DNA of 64,000 nt from Phoronis australis (taxonomy: Eukaryota; Animalia; Phoronida). Location of the stretch: contig NMRA01000324.1 in NCBI GenBank assembly GCA_002633005.1, positions 70,691 to 134,690 on the forward strand. Direction: 5' to 3'. How positions within the stretch are numbered: the stretch's first letter is position 1; each line of letters starts with the position of its first letter. Both the position numbers and the translations under genes were made by a program. Under the pieces are notes generated by a model. It made no database searches, was not told the DNA's origin, and saw only the letters and a list, made by a program, of their open reading frames with translations. Below, piece by piece: positions 24,401-35,067 of the stretch.

Positions 24401-26950
24401 ACCATTTTTACTGTTTTCGAGTCTGTTTTTTGGTGTCCGCTGTTCTATCAACCAAACCGCTCTAGGGATGATTTTGAAAATTGTCATATATGTTCTTACT
24501 GTGAAGAGGGCGACAGACGATGATTTTCCGATGACTTCAACAACTGTGGCACCTCCTAGTGGCAGTTTTGTTTGTTTTTGCTCCCATGACTGTATCTCCT
24601 AAACGCCTCACAGGATCTTAATGAGATTTAGCAGATGTGTTCCCATGAAGGTGACCACGGATGACAACGAATTTCGGACCTCTCCGAATACTGGTGTGCC
24701 CCCTAGTGGCAATTTTAATTTTTTATGCTTACATCTGTAGATTTGAAAGTCCTCAACAGATTTTCATAAAATTTGGCAATTAGACATCTATTAGTGAGGT
24801 GATGCCATCCTCCCACATTGGGATGGATTTGGAGTATTTTGTGCCACCTAGTGGCCATTTTTCTGTTTTCGAGTCTGTTTTTTGGTGTCAGCCATTCTAT
24901 CAACCAAACCGCTCTAGGGATGATTTCGAAAATTGGCATACTTATATATTCTTACTGTGAAGAGGGCGGCTGACAATAATTTTCCGATGACTTGGAATAC
25001 TATGGCACCTCCTAGTGGCTGTTTTGTTTATTGTTGCAGTCATGGCTGTATCTCCAGAATACAGAATCTTTATTGAATTTTGCTGGTTTATTTATGTGAA
25101 GTTGACAACAGAGGATGATGACTTTCGGACAGATTGGGCTACCAGTGTGTCCCCTAGTGGCAATTTTAGTTTTTTACATTTACCTCTGTGCCTTAAAGGG
25201 TCTAACATGGATTTTCATAGTAGTTAGGCATCTATTAGTGAGGTGACGCTATCATCCCATTTTTGGTAAAATTCAAGGCATTTTGCGGCACCTTGTGGCC
25301 ATTGTTACTGTCAACCAAACCACTCTAAGGATGGTTGTGGAAATTGGCATTTATGTTCCGAATGGGAAGAGGAAGTCTGATGATGATTTTCTGACGACTT
25401 TATGTACTTTGGCGCCTCTTAGTGGCAATTTCATTTTTTGTTTTCCTCTGTTTTTTCAGAAGTTCCTTGACGGATTTTTATGAAATTTGATAAATAGCTT
25501 TGATGACACATACAAGTTCTCGGATGGATTCGACATATATTGTGCCATTTAGTTGCCATTTTTATGTTCCAAATATTAAACACCCCTAGAAGCACACCAT
25601 TAGCGGTGCATTCGTGGGCGCATTTCAATGCTCCGCGTTGCTTTTGTTATAATGGTCATTACATTGTTTTTCACACACCAAAACATTTTTAGTGGACCTG
25701 TGCTTTCAAGTACGGTGTTCTTTAGTAACTTATGTTTTCTGTCATTTATTTGTCACATATCGCCAATTTCTTTGCCTTTTCACTGGATAATTATAAGCCA
25801 GCATTTGTCCAACAAGGACAAGGACAACAGCAATCATACCGTACATACATGTACACCCTCTGGCTACATGAATAACCCTTCGATTTAGGACAACAACGAT
25901 TGCCAAAATTGTATTTTTTTGTTTTTCAAAGGGTTACTTACATTGAGACTGTGTATAGACTTATTTGCATTGTTGCAAATTCTCAAAATTTTGTCAAATG
26001 TTGTTTGATTCTTAAAGAGTGTGGTACAAACCTTACTAACCTCGTGTGACAAACAACCACTTGTCAGTTGTTGCTGTGATACATCAGAATGTTTATTTAC
26101 TGAGTGTGAGCATGTCTTAGTAGTTATTATTTCTTTAATAATTTTATCTTAATTGTTATCTCAGCTTGGTCCACTGGGTAAGAAGAAAAGTGAGAACAAT
26201 TCGGTGATTAAAGAGCCAACAGCAGTGACACCTGTCATAACTCAGGAGAATCTTCTAAAGGCAGCGTCAAGCATGAGACCATCAGTGTCAGAGAAGGAGA
26301 GACAGAAATATCAGGCAATGTTAGTGTTGGACAGGCTGGTCAGTGTTGGACAGGCTGGTCAAAGGAAGAAATATAGTAGTCCTACAAAATGGGATTTTTT
26401 ATGAAAATTAATAAAGCATTTAACTTAGTTGAGAATTTTTGTGAAATTTAAAGTGCATCTTCTGCGTACTTGAGATTAAGTCAGTTGTCAGTGCTTATTA
26501 ATGCGATTAAAAACTAACTTTTGATTTAGACCACTTACTTCTATGAAATTTGGTCTCAAATTGTTTCTTAGTCATGTTAGGTGTGATATTTGGGCTTGTA
26601 CAGAAGTCAGTGCTTGTGGTTGCCATATAGACCAGGCTCTACAATTTAACATGTCTGGGGTGCGTCATTTTATGCATTGAGTTCGGTCTCAAAAAATAAA
26701 TGAACTGTTTTTCCCGGCCCAGAAAACACTCATCTGAGCTTGGAACACATTGAAATAATACTTTAAGTGTGAGCTAGCTTTCTTGATGGAAGGCGAGATG
26801 TCTTGTATTTTGTATGTCAGGACTCTAAAGTGTGTTTGTACACTGCACTATCCACTGTTATCTTTCAGTTATGAAAACTTTGTGGATTCCAGAGGGGGAC
26901 ATTTTGCTAGTACAGAAAACTCCAGTGAAAAGAGACAGACTTTGGCGTAG
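6206..26950 (+). CDS. PEX1: PEX1 peroxisomal AAA+ ATPase, multi-exon gene (16 exons found; 5' exons missing)
   Basis: Exons joined by GT-AG introns with consistent phases except exon 18584-18710. N-domain motif [14 protein letters not shown]1 Walker A GTRGSGKS and Walker B LMDDLD, D2 GAPGTGKT and [29 protein letters not shown]-terminus KRQTLA* typical of PEX1. Confidence 0.96.
8166..9184 (+). CDS. PEX1: PEX1 large exon ([22 protein letters not shown]...[11 protein letters not shown]...)
   Basis: ttcag acceptor, gtaaaa donor, 1019 nt open and phase-compatible with both neighbours. Confidence 0.88.
9606..9729 (+). CDS. PEX1: PEX1 exon ([30 protein letters not shown]...)
   Basis: ttcag acceptor, G|gtatgt donor, phase 0 to 1 fits. 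Confidence 0.8.
9932..11488. repeat. 41-bp minisatellite, split by the LINE fragment
   Basis: Unit gtaacctgttattactatcaggcagtgttttgagaaacgcc at 9932-10092 and 10794-11488. Confidence 0.97.
10100..10790 (-). mobile_element. 3' fragment of an RNase H-bearing non-LTR retrotransposon (I/R1/Loa-like)
   Basis: [17 protein letters not shown] RNase H motif, [17 protein letters not shown]...[13 protein letters not shown] zinc knuckle; abuts an assembly N at 10792. Confidence 0.85.
12471..12699 (+). CDS. PEX1: PEX1 exon ([12 protein letters not shown]...LVKLENLG)
   Basis: tctag acceptor, gtgagg donor, phase 1 to 2. Confidence 0.8.
13190..13422 (+). CDS. PEX1: PEX1 exon, D1 Walker A ([13 protein letters not shown])
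   Basis: tacag acceptor, gtcagt donor, P-loop. Confidence 0.92.
13865..14035 (+). CDS. PEX1: PEX1 exon, D1 Walker B ([16 protein letters not shown])
   Basis: ttcag acceptor, gtgact donor; not in the ORF track, translated by hand. Confidence 0.92.
14855..15009 (+). CDS. PEX1: PEX1 exon ([24 protein letters not shown])
   Basis: tacag acceptor, gtaagt donor. Confidence 0.9.
15210..16320 (+). mobile_element. Helitron/Helentron-like non-autonomous element with internal ~420-bp duplication
   Basis: 3' hairpin ttattgtcacg-t-cgtgacaataa (16288-16310) followed by CTAG (16316-16319); repeated ggtcattaggtgca motifs. Confidence 0.6.
16521..16695 (+). CDS. PEX1: PEX1 exon (AQRKSIL...[18 protein letters not shown])
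   Basis: ttcag acceptor, gtaaga donor, D1 lid motif. Confidence 0.9.
16985..17273. repeat. 27-bp minisatellite
   Basis: Unit catgcggataccaagtcataaacaaac. Confidence 0.97.
17687..17874 (+). CDS. PEX1: PEX1 exon ([12 protein letters not shown]...[12 protein letters not shown]...LQWPSK)
   Basis: tagcagcag acceptor cluster, gtacct donor, D1-D2 linker motif. Confidence 0.92.
18584..18710 (+). CDS. PEX1: PEX1 exon, D2 Walker A ([13 protein letters not shown]), with frameshift near 18689
   Basis: YPTLF...GVVAK reads in one frame and LNFISIK in another; the exon is 127 nt where a multiple of 3 is needed. Confidence 0.92.
19218..19342 (+). CDS. PEX1: PEX1 exon ([18 protein letters not shown]...[10 protein letters not shown])
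   Basis: ccag acceptor, gtaact donor, pore loop and Walker B. Confidence 0.95.
20145..20331 (+). CDS. PEX1: PEX1 exon ([26 protein letters not shown]...RPGRLD)
   Basis: PEX1-typical [14 protein letters not shown] and second region of homology. Confidence 0.96.
20415..22058 (+). mobile_element. Helentron-type non-autonomous element (HINE/DINE-like) with internal tandem modules, in a PEX1 intron
   Basis: T-rich flanks, 5' atgcgccc with nearby inverted gtcgcata, 3' gggcgcat subterminal IR plus hairpin caacgctctgcgttg; ~150-bp internal modules. Confidence 0.75.
23326..23547 (+). CDS. PEX1: PEX1 exon ([10 protein letters not shown]...[15 protein letters not shown])
   Basis: tgtag acceptor, gtatcc donor, D2 lid motif; translated by hand. 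Confidence 0.93.
23759..23878 (+). CDS. PEX1: PEX1 exon (TVVMLDQD...[10 protein letters not shown]...ILAE)
   Basis: tgtag acceptor, gtatgc donor, 120 nt phase 0. Confidence 0.75.
24078..25648 (+). mobile_element. Second copy of the same HINE-like family
   Basis: Same ends (ttttatgcgccc...gcggtgcattcgtgggcgcatttcaatgctccgcgttg) and same modules. Confidence 0.75.
26165..26319 (+). CDS. PEX1: PEX1 exon ([25 protein letters not shown])
   Basis: ctcag acceptor, gttagt donor, conserved RPSVS motif. Confidence 0.9.
26869..26950 (+). CDS. PEX1: PEX1 terminal coding exon ([10 protein letters not shown]...KRQTLA*)
   Basis: ttcag acceptor, TAG stop at 26948-26950, C-terminal TLA. Confidence 0.9.
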
Positions 26951-27411
26951 TGCATCCTAAACACAGTGAGTGACTCTCAATCATCTCTTACATTTCATCT
27001 TGTAATATAATCACTGTGCATTTATTGTTGGGAGTCATTACACACAGTTGTAAGGTACTGCTAGTCATTACACACAGTTGTAAGGTACTGTTATTTAAAG
27101 TCTAGTTTAACATAAAGCTGTGCCAGATGTGTTGTGTACAGTTGACTCTACTTTCAATCAACGAGAGTTCCACATACTTTTCTGTAACCATTTCAATAGG
27201 GAATTGAACTATAATCAAAACTTTACAAAGTTTGGAATGACAAAGATAAGTTGCTGAGATATATTCCAAATAGTTGTATTATTCATGCTAAATACAGATA
27301 CAATGAATGTTCGTCTTGATTTTTACTTTCTAACAACTTTATTACTCAGTATTTCAAAAACTGAAATAGTAGCAATTCTCCTAACTTTAATGGTCAATAG
27401 GAAAATAAAAC

Positions 27412-28712
27412 CATGTGAGATATGGCCATTCGTTACATATGAGATATGGCTATGCATTACGTGTGAGATATCGTCATGAATTACATGCGAGATATCACCA
27501 TGCACTACATGTGAGATGTACCCATGCACTACATTTGAGATATGGCCATGTACTACATGTGAGATATCGCCATGCATTACATGTGAGATATCGCCATGCA
27601 CTACATGTGAGATATCGCCATGCACTACATGTGAGATATCGCCATGCACTACATGTGAGATATCGCCATGCACTACATGTGAGATATCGCCATGCACTAC
27701 ATGTGAGATATCGCCATGCACTACATGTGAGATATCGCCATGCACTACATGTGAGATATCGCCATGCACTACATGTGAGATATCGCCATGCACTACATGT
27801 GAGATATCGCCATGCACTACATGTGAGATATCGCCATGCACTACATGTGAGATATCGCCATGCACTACATGTGAGATATCGCCATGCACTACATGTGAGA
27901 TATCGCCATGCACTACATGTGAGATATCGCCATGCACTACATGTGAGATATCGCCATGCACTACATGTGAGATATCGCCATGCATTACATGTGAGATATC
28001 GCCATGCATTACATGTGAGATATCGCCATGCATTACATGTGAGATATCGCCATGCATTACATGTGAGATATCGCCATGCATTACATGTGAGATATCGCCA
28101 TGCATTACATGTGAGATATCGCCATGCATTACATGTGAGATATCGCCATGCATTACATGTGAGATATCGCCATGCATTACATGTGAGATATCGCCATGCA
28201 TTACATGTGAGATATCGCCATGCATTACATGTGAGATATCGCCATGCATTACATGTGAGATATCGCCATGCATTACATGTGAGATATCGCCATGCATTAC
28301 ATGTGAGATATCGCCATGCATTACATGTGAGATATCGCCATGCATTACATGTGAGATATCGCCATGCATTACATGTGAGATATCGCCATGCATTACATGT
28401 GAGATATCGCCATGCATTACATGTGAGATATCGCCATGCATTACATGTGAGATATCGCCATGCATTACATGTGAGATATCGCCATGCATTACATGTGAGA
28501 TATCGCCATCCATTACATGTGAGATATCGCCATGCATTACATGTGAGATATCGCCATGCATTACATGTGAGATATCGCCATGCATTACATGTGAGATATC
28601 GCCATGCATTACATGTGATATCGCCATGCATTACATGTGAGATATCGCCATGCATTACATGTGAGATATCGCCATGCATTACATGTGAGATATCACCATG
28701 CATTACATGTGA
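27412..28712. repeat. 24-bp satellite array (~54 units) downstream of the PEX1 stop
   Basis: Unit gagatatcgccatgca(c/t)tacatgt. Confidence 0.99.
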
Positions 28713-28864
28713 AGCAGGTAATCACATTAGCTCTGCTTGCAGTAGGAATGTGCAGTGATTTTGTCCTGCTTCTCTTCCTTGACACCACTAGTCTGGTATT
28801 GTCATCTTGTCACTCAGCAGATTGGGCGCAAGTTGTCCCCTGTACAACTTGAACTATTTTAAGT

Positions 28865-29052
28865 TTCTGTGTGGACAGGTATTGTGTTGGTGTAGAACAG
28901 TATCAACATGTCTGTGTGGACAGGTATTGAGTGCGTGTAGAACAGTATCAACATGTGTGTGTGGACAGGTATTGAGTGCGTGTAGAACAGTATCAACATG
29001 TCTGTGTGGACAGGTATTGAGTGCGTGTAGAACAGTATCAACATGTCTGTGT
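28865..29052. repeat. 48-bp minisatellite, ~4 copies
   Basis: Unit tctgtgtggacaggtattgagtgcgtgtagaacagtatcaacatg-like. Confidence 0.93.
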
Positions 29053-30725
29053 ATTTAGCAAAATTTATAGATAACTACAGATTTTAACTCTGTAAAAGTA
29101 TATATTGTCTGAAGGTACAAAGCTTGTTGAATTTGATTTTTGACTTTTTACCAGTCTGTTATTAATTGGGTCACGTAACCATGTCTTTTTAGTAAAATTT
29201 AGCAATATAAAAGGTATATGGATTGCAAAACAATGGTATCAGCAATATGATCAATTTTTTAAATGACATAAATGTTCAGGATGAGATCTCAGTTTTCTTA
29301 AACTATTAAAGATTTGTCATGAAAATCATGAAAATCTGATTTTTGATAGCCTTTCACGAGGACTGAGGAAAATTTCAAAACAAATCCTAAGAGCATTTGT
29401 AGAACAGTTCATAAAGTGCAGTTTCCAATCAGCAATATCTCCAGTATGATGTTCCAAATTAAATCATTTTTCAACAGTTGTTCTGAACTTTCATGCATCT
29501 GGGGTAAGGTCTGGTCTGTTTAATTAGTTTGTCATGTTGTCAATAGATGTCACTTACTGATACATCTTGATGTCTTCATGGGGTACCGTTGTCCCTTGCG
29601 TAACAAACAAAAATTCTCTGTTAAAAAATTAAAAGTTTCAGTGCTTGTGAACAAGTAGCAGAGGTTGTACTCTCTATTGTCAGATGTTGAGACAGTTTAA
29701 TTTGATATCCAGTAATCACATGAAGAAAAAGAAACGATGTACTTTAAGCTGACAATTATTTGTTAGAAAACATTTTCATTTATTCTTCTTGTAGTCTAAG
29801 CCTTTTCATTTCTTACCAACACTTGTTTATATGTTCCACTCCAGCGGTGAACATTATTCACTCAGCCACTCAGCGTGTGTCTTGTGATAATGTTAATGTA
29901 AAGACAATAAAAAGCATATTATCTCTTCTTTGAGACAGATTCAAAAGCGTGTCCATTCTGAATGTATTCAATGACAGTTGATCATGGCGTTTCAGACAAT
30001 ATCCTCCTTAGTGACACTTGTATATGACCAGTGAGCCATGTAGTTATATTGTTAAGTCTCATTGTGTACCAAACATAATACATTCCATGGTTGTCAGTAA
30101 ATGGATTGTCTAAAATCGTCATTTGTTGATAAAGGTTTTTACTGTAACCATGAAGATCTGCCCATATCCAATGCTTTGTGTAGATTGATGTACTGTCATA
30201 ATCAGTGCGGAGACATTATTTCTGACTTATTTTATGATATAAGAAGTAATTGTTATTTATGCAAACAATTAAACTGTAGATCTTAATCCAGTCAGTTTAA
30301 TGTAATTATTGGAGACAGGTAAAAATGAAGAGAGTGGTGTCCTTTTGATGTTTTTAATTCATTAAACTATGTCCATTTATATTTATTGTCAAGATGTAAC
30401 AGAAAATTAATGTTTATTTCTCTGCATGCGTTTCTACTGTTTCTATTTTATTCCATGTACTTTTGATTTATAGGTTTGCAGGGTACTTTATGTATGCAAA
30501 TCAGGTAGTGGCTATTAAGCTTATTGTTTTTATATTGCTTAATAGAAACTTGATTTGTTTTCTGTCTCAGTTGGCTGTCAGTCAGGTTCATCCCAAAGTG
30601 TCAGCACTAAGCTCATTATGCACCCACTATGTGCAGTCCTTACCAGTGTTTGGTGCACAAGTTACTAATTACAAACCAGTTACAAATTGACGTTGACTGT
30701 TTCACCTGTGAATTGTATTCCTGTG

Positions 30726-31065
30726 AAACAGTTACCATATTCCAGCCAATAACCTGCTTTCAGTCAAACAGTTACAGTATTCCAACCAATAACCTGCTTT
30801 CAGTCAGTTACTGTATTCCAACCAATAACCTGCTCTCGGTCAAACAGTTACTATATTCCAGTCAAACAGTTACTATATTCCAGCCAATAACCTGCTTTCA
30901 GTCAAACAGTTACTATATTCTAGCCAATAACCTGCTTTCAGTCAGTTACTATATTTCTGCCAATAACCTACTTTCAGTCAAACAGTTACTATATTCCAGC
31001 CAATAACCTGCTCTCAGTCAAGCAGTTACTGTATTCCAACCAATAACCTCCCTGTTTTCAGTCAG
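30726..31065. repeat. Degenerate ~35-40-bp minisatellite
   Basis: Unit about aaacagttactatattccagccaataacctgctttcagtc. Confidence 0.9.
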
Positions 31066-31084
31066 TGTTTGATGTAAACCTCGT

Positions 31085-31336
31085 ATCGTTAGGGCAACGG
31101 AAATAGCACACTAGGGCTGTCCGGGATTATAGAGCAATAAACTCTCATTTGTCTTGAGGATGAGAAATTGCGTGAAATCGTTTTGGAAATCAGGCACTTT
31201 AAATTTTTAGTGTCTCATTGATGTCAGAAAGGCGAATAATTTTAGATCAAGCATCCAATGGCATTTGTCCAATTTATCAAACTTTCTCATGTTGGAGTTG
31301 CAGTCCACTGCACAGCAGTAATACTTTGTTGGCATT
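31085..31336 (-). pseudogene. Decayed THAP-domain fragment (transposon relic)
   Basis: MPTKYYCCAVDCNSN start with C-x4-C followed by stops and frameshifts. Confidence 0.5.
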
Positions 31337-32292
31337 GGAAGGACGACTAGAGTAATGCAACCGAGAAAAACTGGTAAAGAGTGAGACAACAACAAATAAC
31401 GTGAAACTCCAAGCAACAAATGTGCCTGATGGATGTTTACAGCAGCTCGTGTCAGATGACTTTTGAAAATAATGTACAATCAAAAAACACATTATTGTAT
31501 TAATTTTCAATACCGTAAACATCATACATCAGTTATGATTTGTGACGTTGCCTTGCGTAATTGGAATTAACGTAGCAGTTTGTTATGGTTTAAGACCAGC
31601 ATGAGGAGGTTGAACTGTTGGGACAGGTCATCTTTTGTGGGGAGCATAGTTAGGTCTCAAGGGAGCATAGCTAGGTCTTAAGGGAGCATAGCTAGGTCTC
31701 AAGCAAAAACAAACTGTTAGTATTGTTATAAGCCCAAGAACTACCGTCATCTCATGTGAATAAGGAACGACAGTTTATAGTGGAAAGAGGTGCCAATCAA
31801 AAGTTGGCCTCTGAATGCAGGTACGGCATATTACAGTCAATTTTACGATAAATTTCTAATATCTTGTACCTAAAAATAATAAGAATCACACGCAAGGAGC
31901 ATTTTTAACAAGCGTCTGAATGTGCATCAGCCACAACGTCTGGGTGTCCTGCACAGATATTACGCAACGAAGTCAGAAATGTATGCAGACTTTAACTTAG
32001 AAATAGATTTCAGCTCAAACACTGACGAAAATAGTGAAAATAGCAGATATGCACCCCAAGCCTATAGATGCTGTAAAATACAACTTGAACTGCCGTGTCA
32101 TGCAGGCTGCAAAAAATTCACTGATTCATAAAAAACTTGTGTGAATGTATACGTGTCGGGTGATTTGAGATCATTGTTGATAAAAGATGACAAACGCCAC
32201 AAACACAAGCGGAGCAATTTGTGTAAACCTGCTTCTTTAAAGAATCTCGACTCGTGATGTACAAAAGTATTTAAACTTGGGCCTTACCCTCG

Positions 32293-33409
32293 TTTTCCGC
32301 CCACATATTTATGTGGTCGCATATCACTCTGTCTGGGCGTCCGGCGTCCACAGCTGTGTCTCCTAAATGCCTCACAGGATCTTGATGAGATTTGGCAGAT
32401 GTGTTTCCATGAAGCTGACGATGGATGACAATTTTTTTTTTGTGCTCACCTCTGTAGATTTGGAAGTACCCAATGGATTTTCATAAAATTTGGCAGTTAA
32501 GCATCTGTTAGTGAGATGATCCCATCCTTCCATTTTCGGACGGATTCAGGGTTCTTTGCACCACCTAGTGGCCATTTTTACTGTTTTCGAGTCTGCTTTT
32601 TGGTGTCCGCCATTCTAACAGCCTAACCGCTCTAGGGATGATTTTGAAATTTGGCATTTATGTTTTCTTACTGTGAGGAGGGCAACTGAGAATGATTTTC
32701 CGATGACTTGGACTACTATTGTGCCTCCTAGTAGCAGTTTTTTTTTGTTTTTGGACCCATGGCTGTATCTCCTAAATGCTCTACAGGATATTTTTCTAAA
32801 TTTGCTGGTATATTTATATGAAGTTGACAACAGAAGATGACGACTTTCAGACAGATCGGGCTACCGGTGTGCCCCTAGTGGCAATTAATTTTTTTACTTT
32901 TACCTCAGTCTGCATCTTAAAAGGTCGTCAAAGGATTTTCATAAAATTTGGTAGTTAGGCATCTGTTAGTGAGGTGACACTATCATTCGGTTTTCGGTAA
33001 AATTCAAGGCATTTTGCGCCATCAGTTGTGGCCATTTTTACTGTTTTCGAGTTATTTGGCATCTGCCCCTCTGTCAACCAAACCACTCTAACGATGGTTG
33101 TGGAAATTGGCATTTATGTTCCTAATGTGAAGAGGAAGTCTGACGATGATTTTCCGACAACTTTATCTGCTTTGGCACCTCTTAATGACAGTTTTGTTTT
33201 TTCGTTTTCCTCTATTTTGTCAGAAGTTCTTTGACAGATTTTTATGAAATTTGGTAAATAACTTTGATGACACATACAAGTTCTCAGATGGATTCAACAT
33301 ATTTTACGCCATCTAGTTGCCATTTTTATGTTCCAAATAAACACCCCTAGAAGCACGTCATTAGCAGTGCATTCGTGGGCACAATTCAATGCTCTGCATT
33401 GCTCTTGTT
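32293..33409 (+). mobile_element. Third copy of the HINE-like family
   Basis: Same ends, fewer modules. Confidence 0.75.
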
Positions 33410-33974
33410 AAAACAATTTTGCATATCACGAATCTCGATATAATAACCACTGGTACAAACATGTACGTTGTATAACATATATTACTGGTATATTTCAGGT
33501 ATATTACTGGTATATTGCAGGTATATTAATGGTATACTGCAGGTATATTAAGGTATATTACTGGTATATTACAGATTTATTACTGGTATATTATATTGCA
33601 AGTAAGGTATATTACAGGTGTATTAAGCTGAAATGGTGTCTAAAAGACCTTTCCCACTGGCTCCAAAACTTTGGTGTTACCGAAGCTTTGGTCAATGGGA
33701 ACACTTAAAGGCGAAGGCAACCTTTTTCCATGTCATTTTGAGCTAAAATAAGGTTGGTTGGTTATCCTAGAGATATTTTCCACTTAATAACAGCTTTTCG
33801 TAATTTTATTAATTACTCGTCCGCTACTCCGGAAGTGACGTTTTAGGAGGCAAGCATTTCGCGCCAATTTCTTTTCATATAGTCTGACTGTGAGAGCTGC
33901 CGAGTCAGTCATTGTTCTACCTCGGTTGTGTTAAGTTCCGTCGTCGTTTGCCAAGTTAAGTTCTGTCAGTCAAC

Positions 33975-34765
33975 ATGCCACACTGTTGCTGCGTACCAGG
34001 ATGTACTAATTATCGGCTCACGCGCGCTTTGGGAGTACCTTTGCATGGCTTTCCGATGGATGACACACTTCGCCGTACTTGGCTCGTTCGTGTGAAGAAC
34101 GCAGCGTTACCTGTCCACGCAACGTACAAAGCAGCGGAGAATTACCGTGTGTGTGGCAAGCACTTTCTGCCATCCGATTACGAAAGGTATTTGTACGCTG
34201 AACTGATGAAGGTCCCTGCGAAACAACGTCTGAAGAAGGATGCCATTCCGTCTGTGTTGATTCCCGGCAGTGCCCCGTCGCCACCCCCAAGAAGTGCATT
34301 TTTGAAGCGAGAAGCCTCGTGAGCTGTGGCCAGTACAGTGACTGGAGCCAGTGGAGGCACTTCATCTACTGTCACCCGTGCCTCCGAACGACCCCAGAGC
34401 ATGCAATTCCTGGAACCAGTAGTGATTCGCCCTGTGCTGTTTTCTCCAGCCCAGAGCCTCTAAGCAGCCCTGCAGCGATATTGAGTAGTGGGAATGATTA
34501 CAGGCTCAGTTCGACACCTAGTGAAGAGGACAGTTCGTCGTCCAGTGAACAGATCGGTGAGCCAAACTTTGATGAGTTTATTGTGGACTTGTCTAAAGTG
34601 TTGGAGCTATTTAGAAGGTGCCAGGTGTGTGGCGAGGGAGCCACACGACACGGTGTAAGCAGTTTGGGTGCTCAGGTTACCATCCAGTGGGAGTGTGTCG
34701 CGGGACACTCTGGCAAGTGGGACAGTTGTTCCTCTGTCCGTGGTATGCCGGAGGTCCACTTAACC
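33975..34765 (+). pseudogene. Kolobok THAP-transposase N-terminal part (stop at 34320, frameshift, truncated before the DDE core)
   Basis: THAP C2CH: MPHCCCVPGC...FP...RRTW...RVCGKHF...LKKDAIPS; then FIVDLSKVLELFRRCQVCG...WECVAGHSGKWDS...GMP zinc-ribbon segment. Confidence 0.85.
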
Positions 34766-35067
34766 ATGTCCAGTAGTGGCTTGGCCTCGTCGAACTCTGA
34801 ACAGCACAAGCATTCCATTGAGGTAGGCATAACAACGCACACAGTGCATTTGCACCAAGATGTGTCACCACGTCTGTCCTCAGTAGCCGCCTCGTTTCTC
34901 TCAACAGCTGCCTGTGCCTGTGCGTACTCTGCCTCGTTATACTCGGGCTCAAACATGTACCCACCCACTGAATGTCCGTGAAAAAATTCCTCGTCACCAC
35001 TGCTGTGAACAAGGTCTCCGTCACTCACACTACTGTCATTGTAATACGGGTCACCGACTCCAGCCAT
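34766..35067 (-). pseudogene. KolX / P2X7-ballast-like Cys-rich protein, N-terminal part
   Basis: GYMFEPEY...WCKCTVCVVMPTSMECLCCSE matches the YxFEP...WCxCxxCxxMxxxxECxCCxE signature. Confidence 0.8.

Noticed and set aside
27323-28758. 374-447 aa ORFs (HGDISHVM, RYRHALHV, CEISPCIT repeats)
   Set aside because: Translations of a 24-bp satellite in four frames; no unique coding sequence or splice context.
34319-34981. 220-aa ORF as an independent gene
   Set aside because: Chimeric: frameshifted transposase segment continuing into antisense KolX across the deletion junction.
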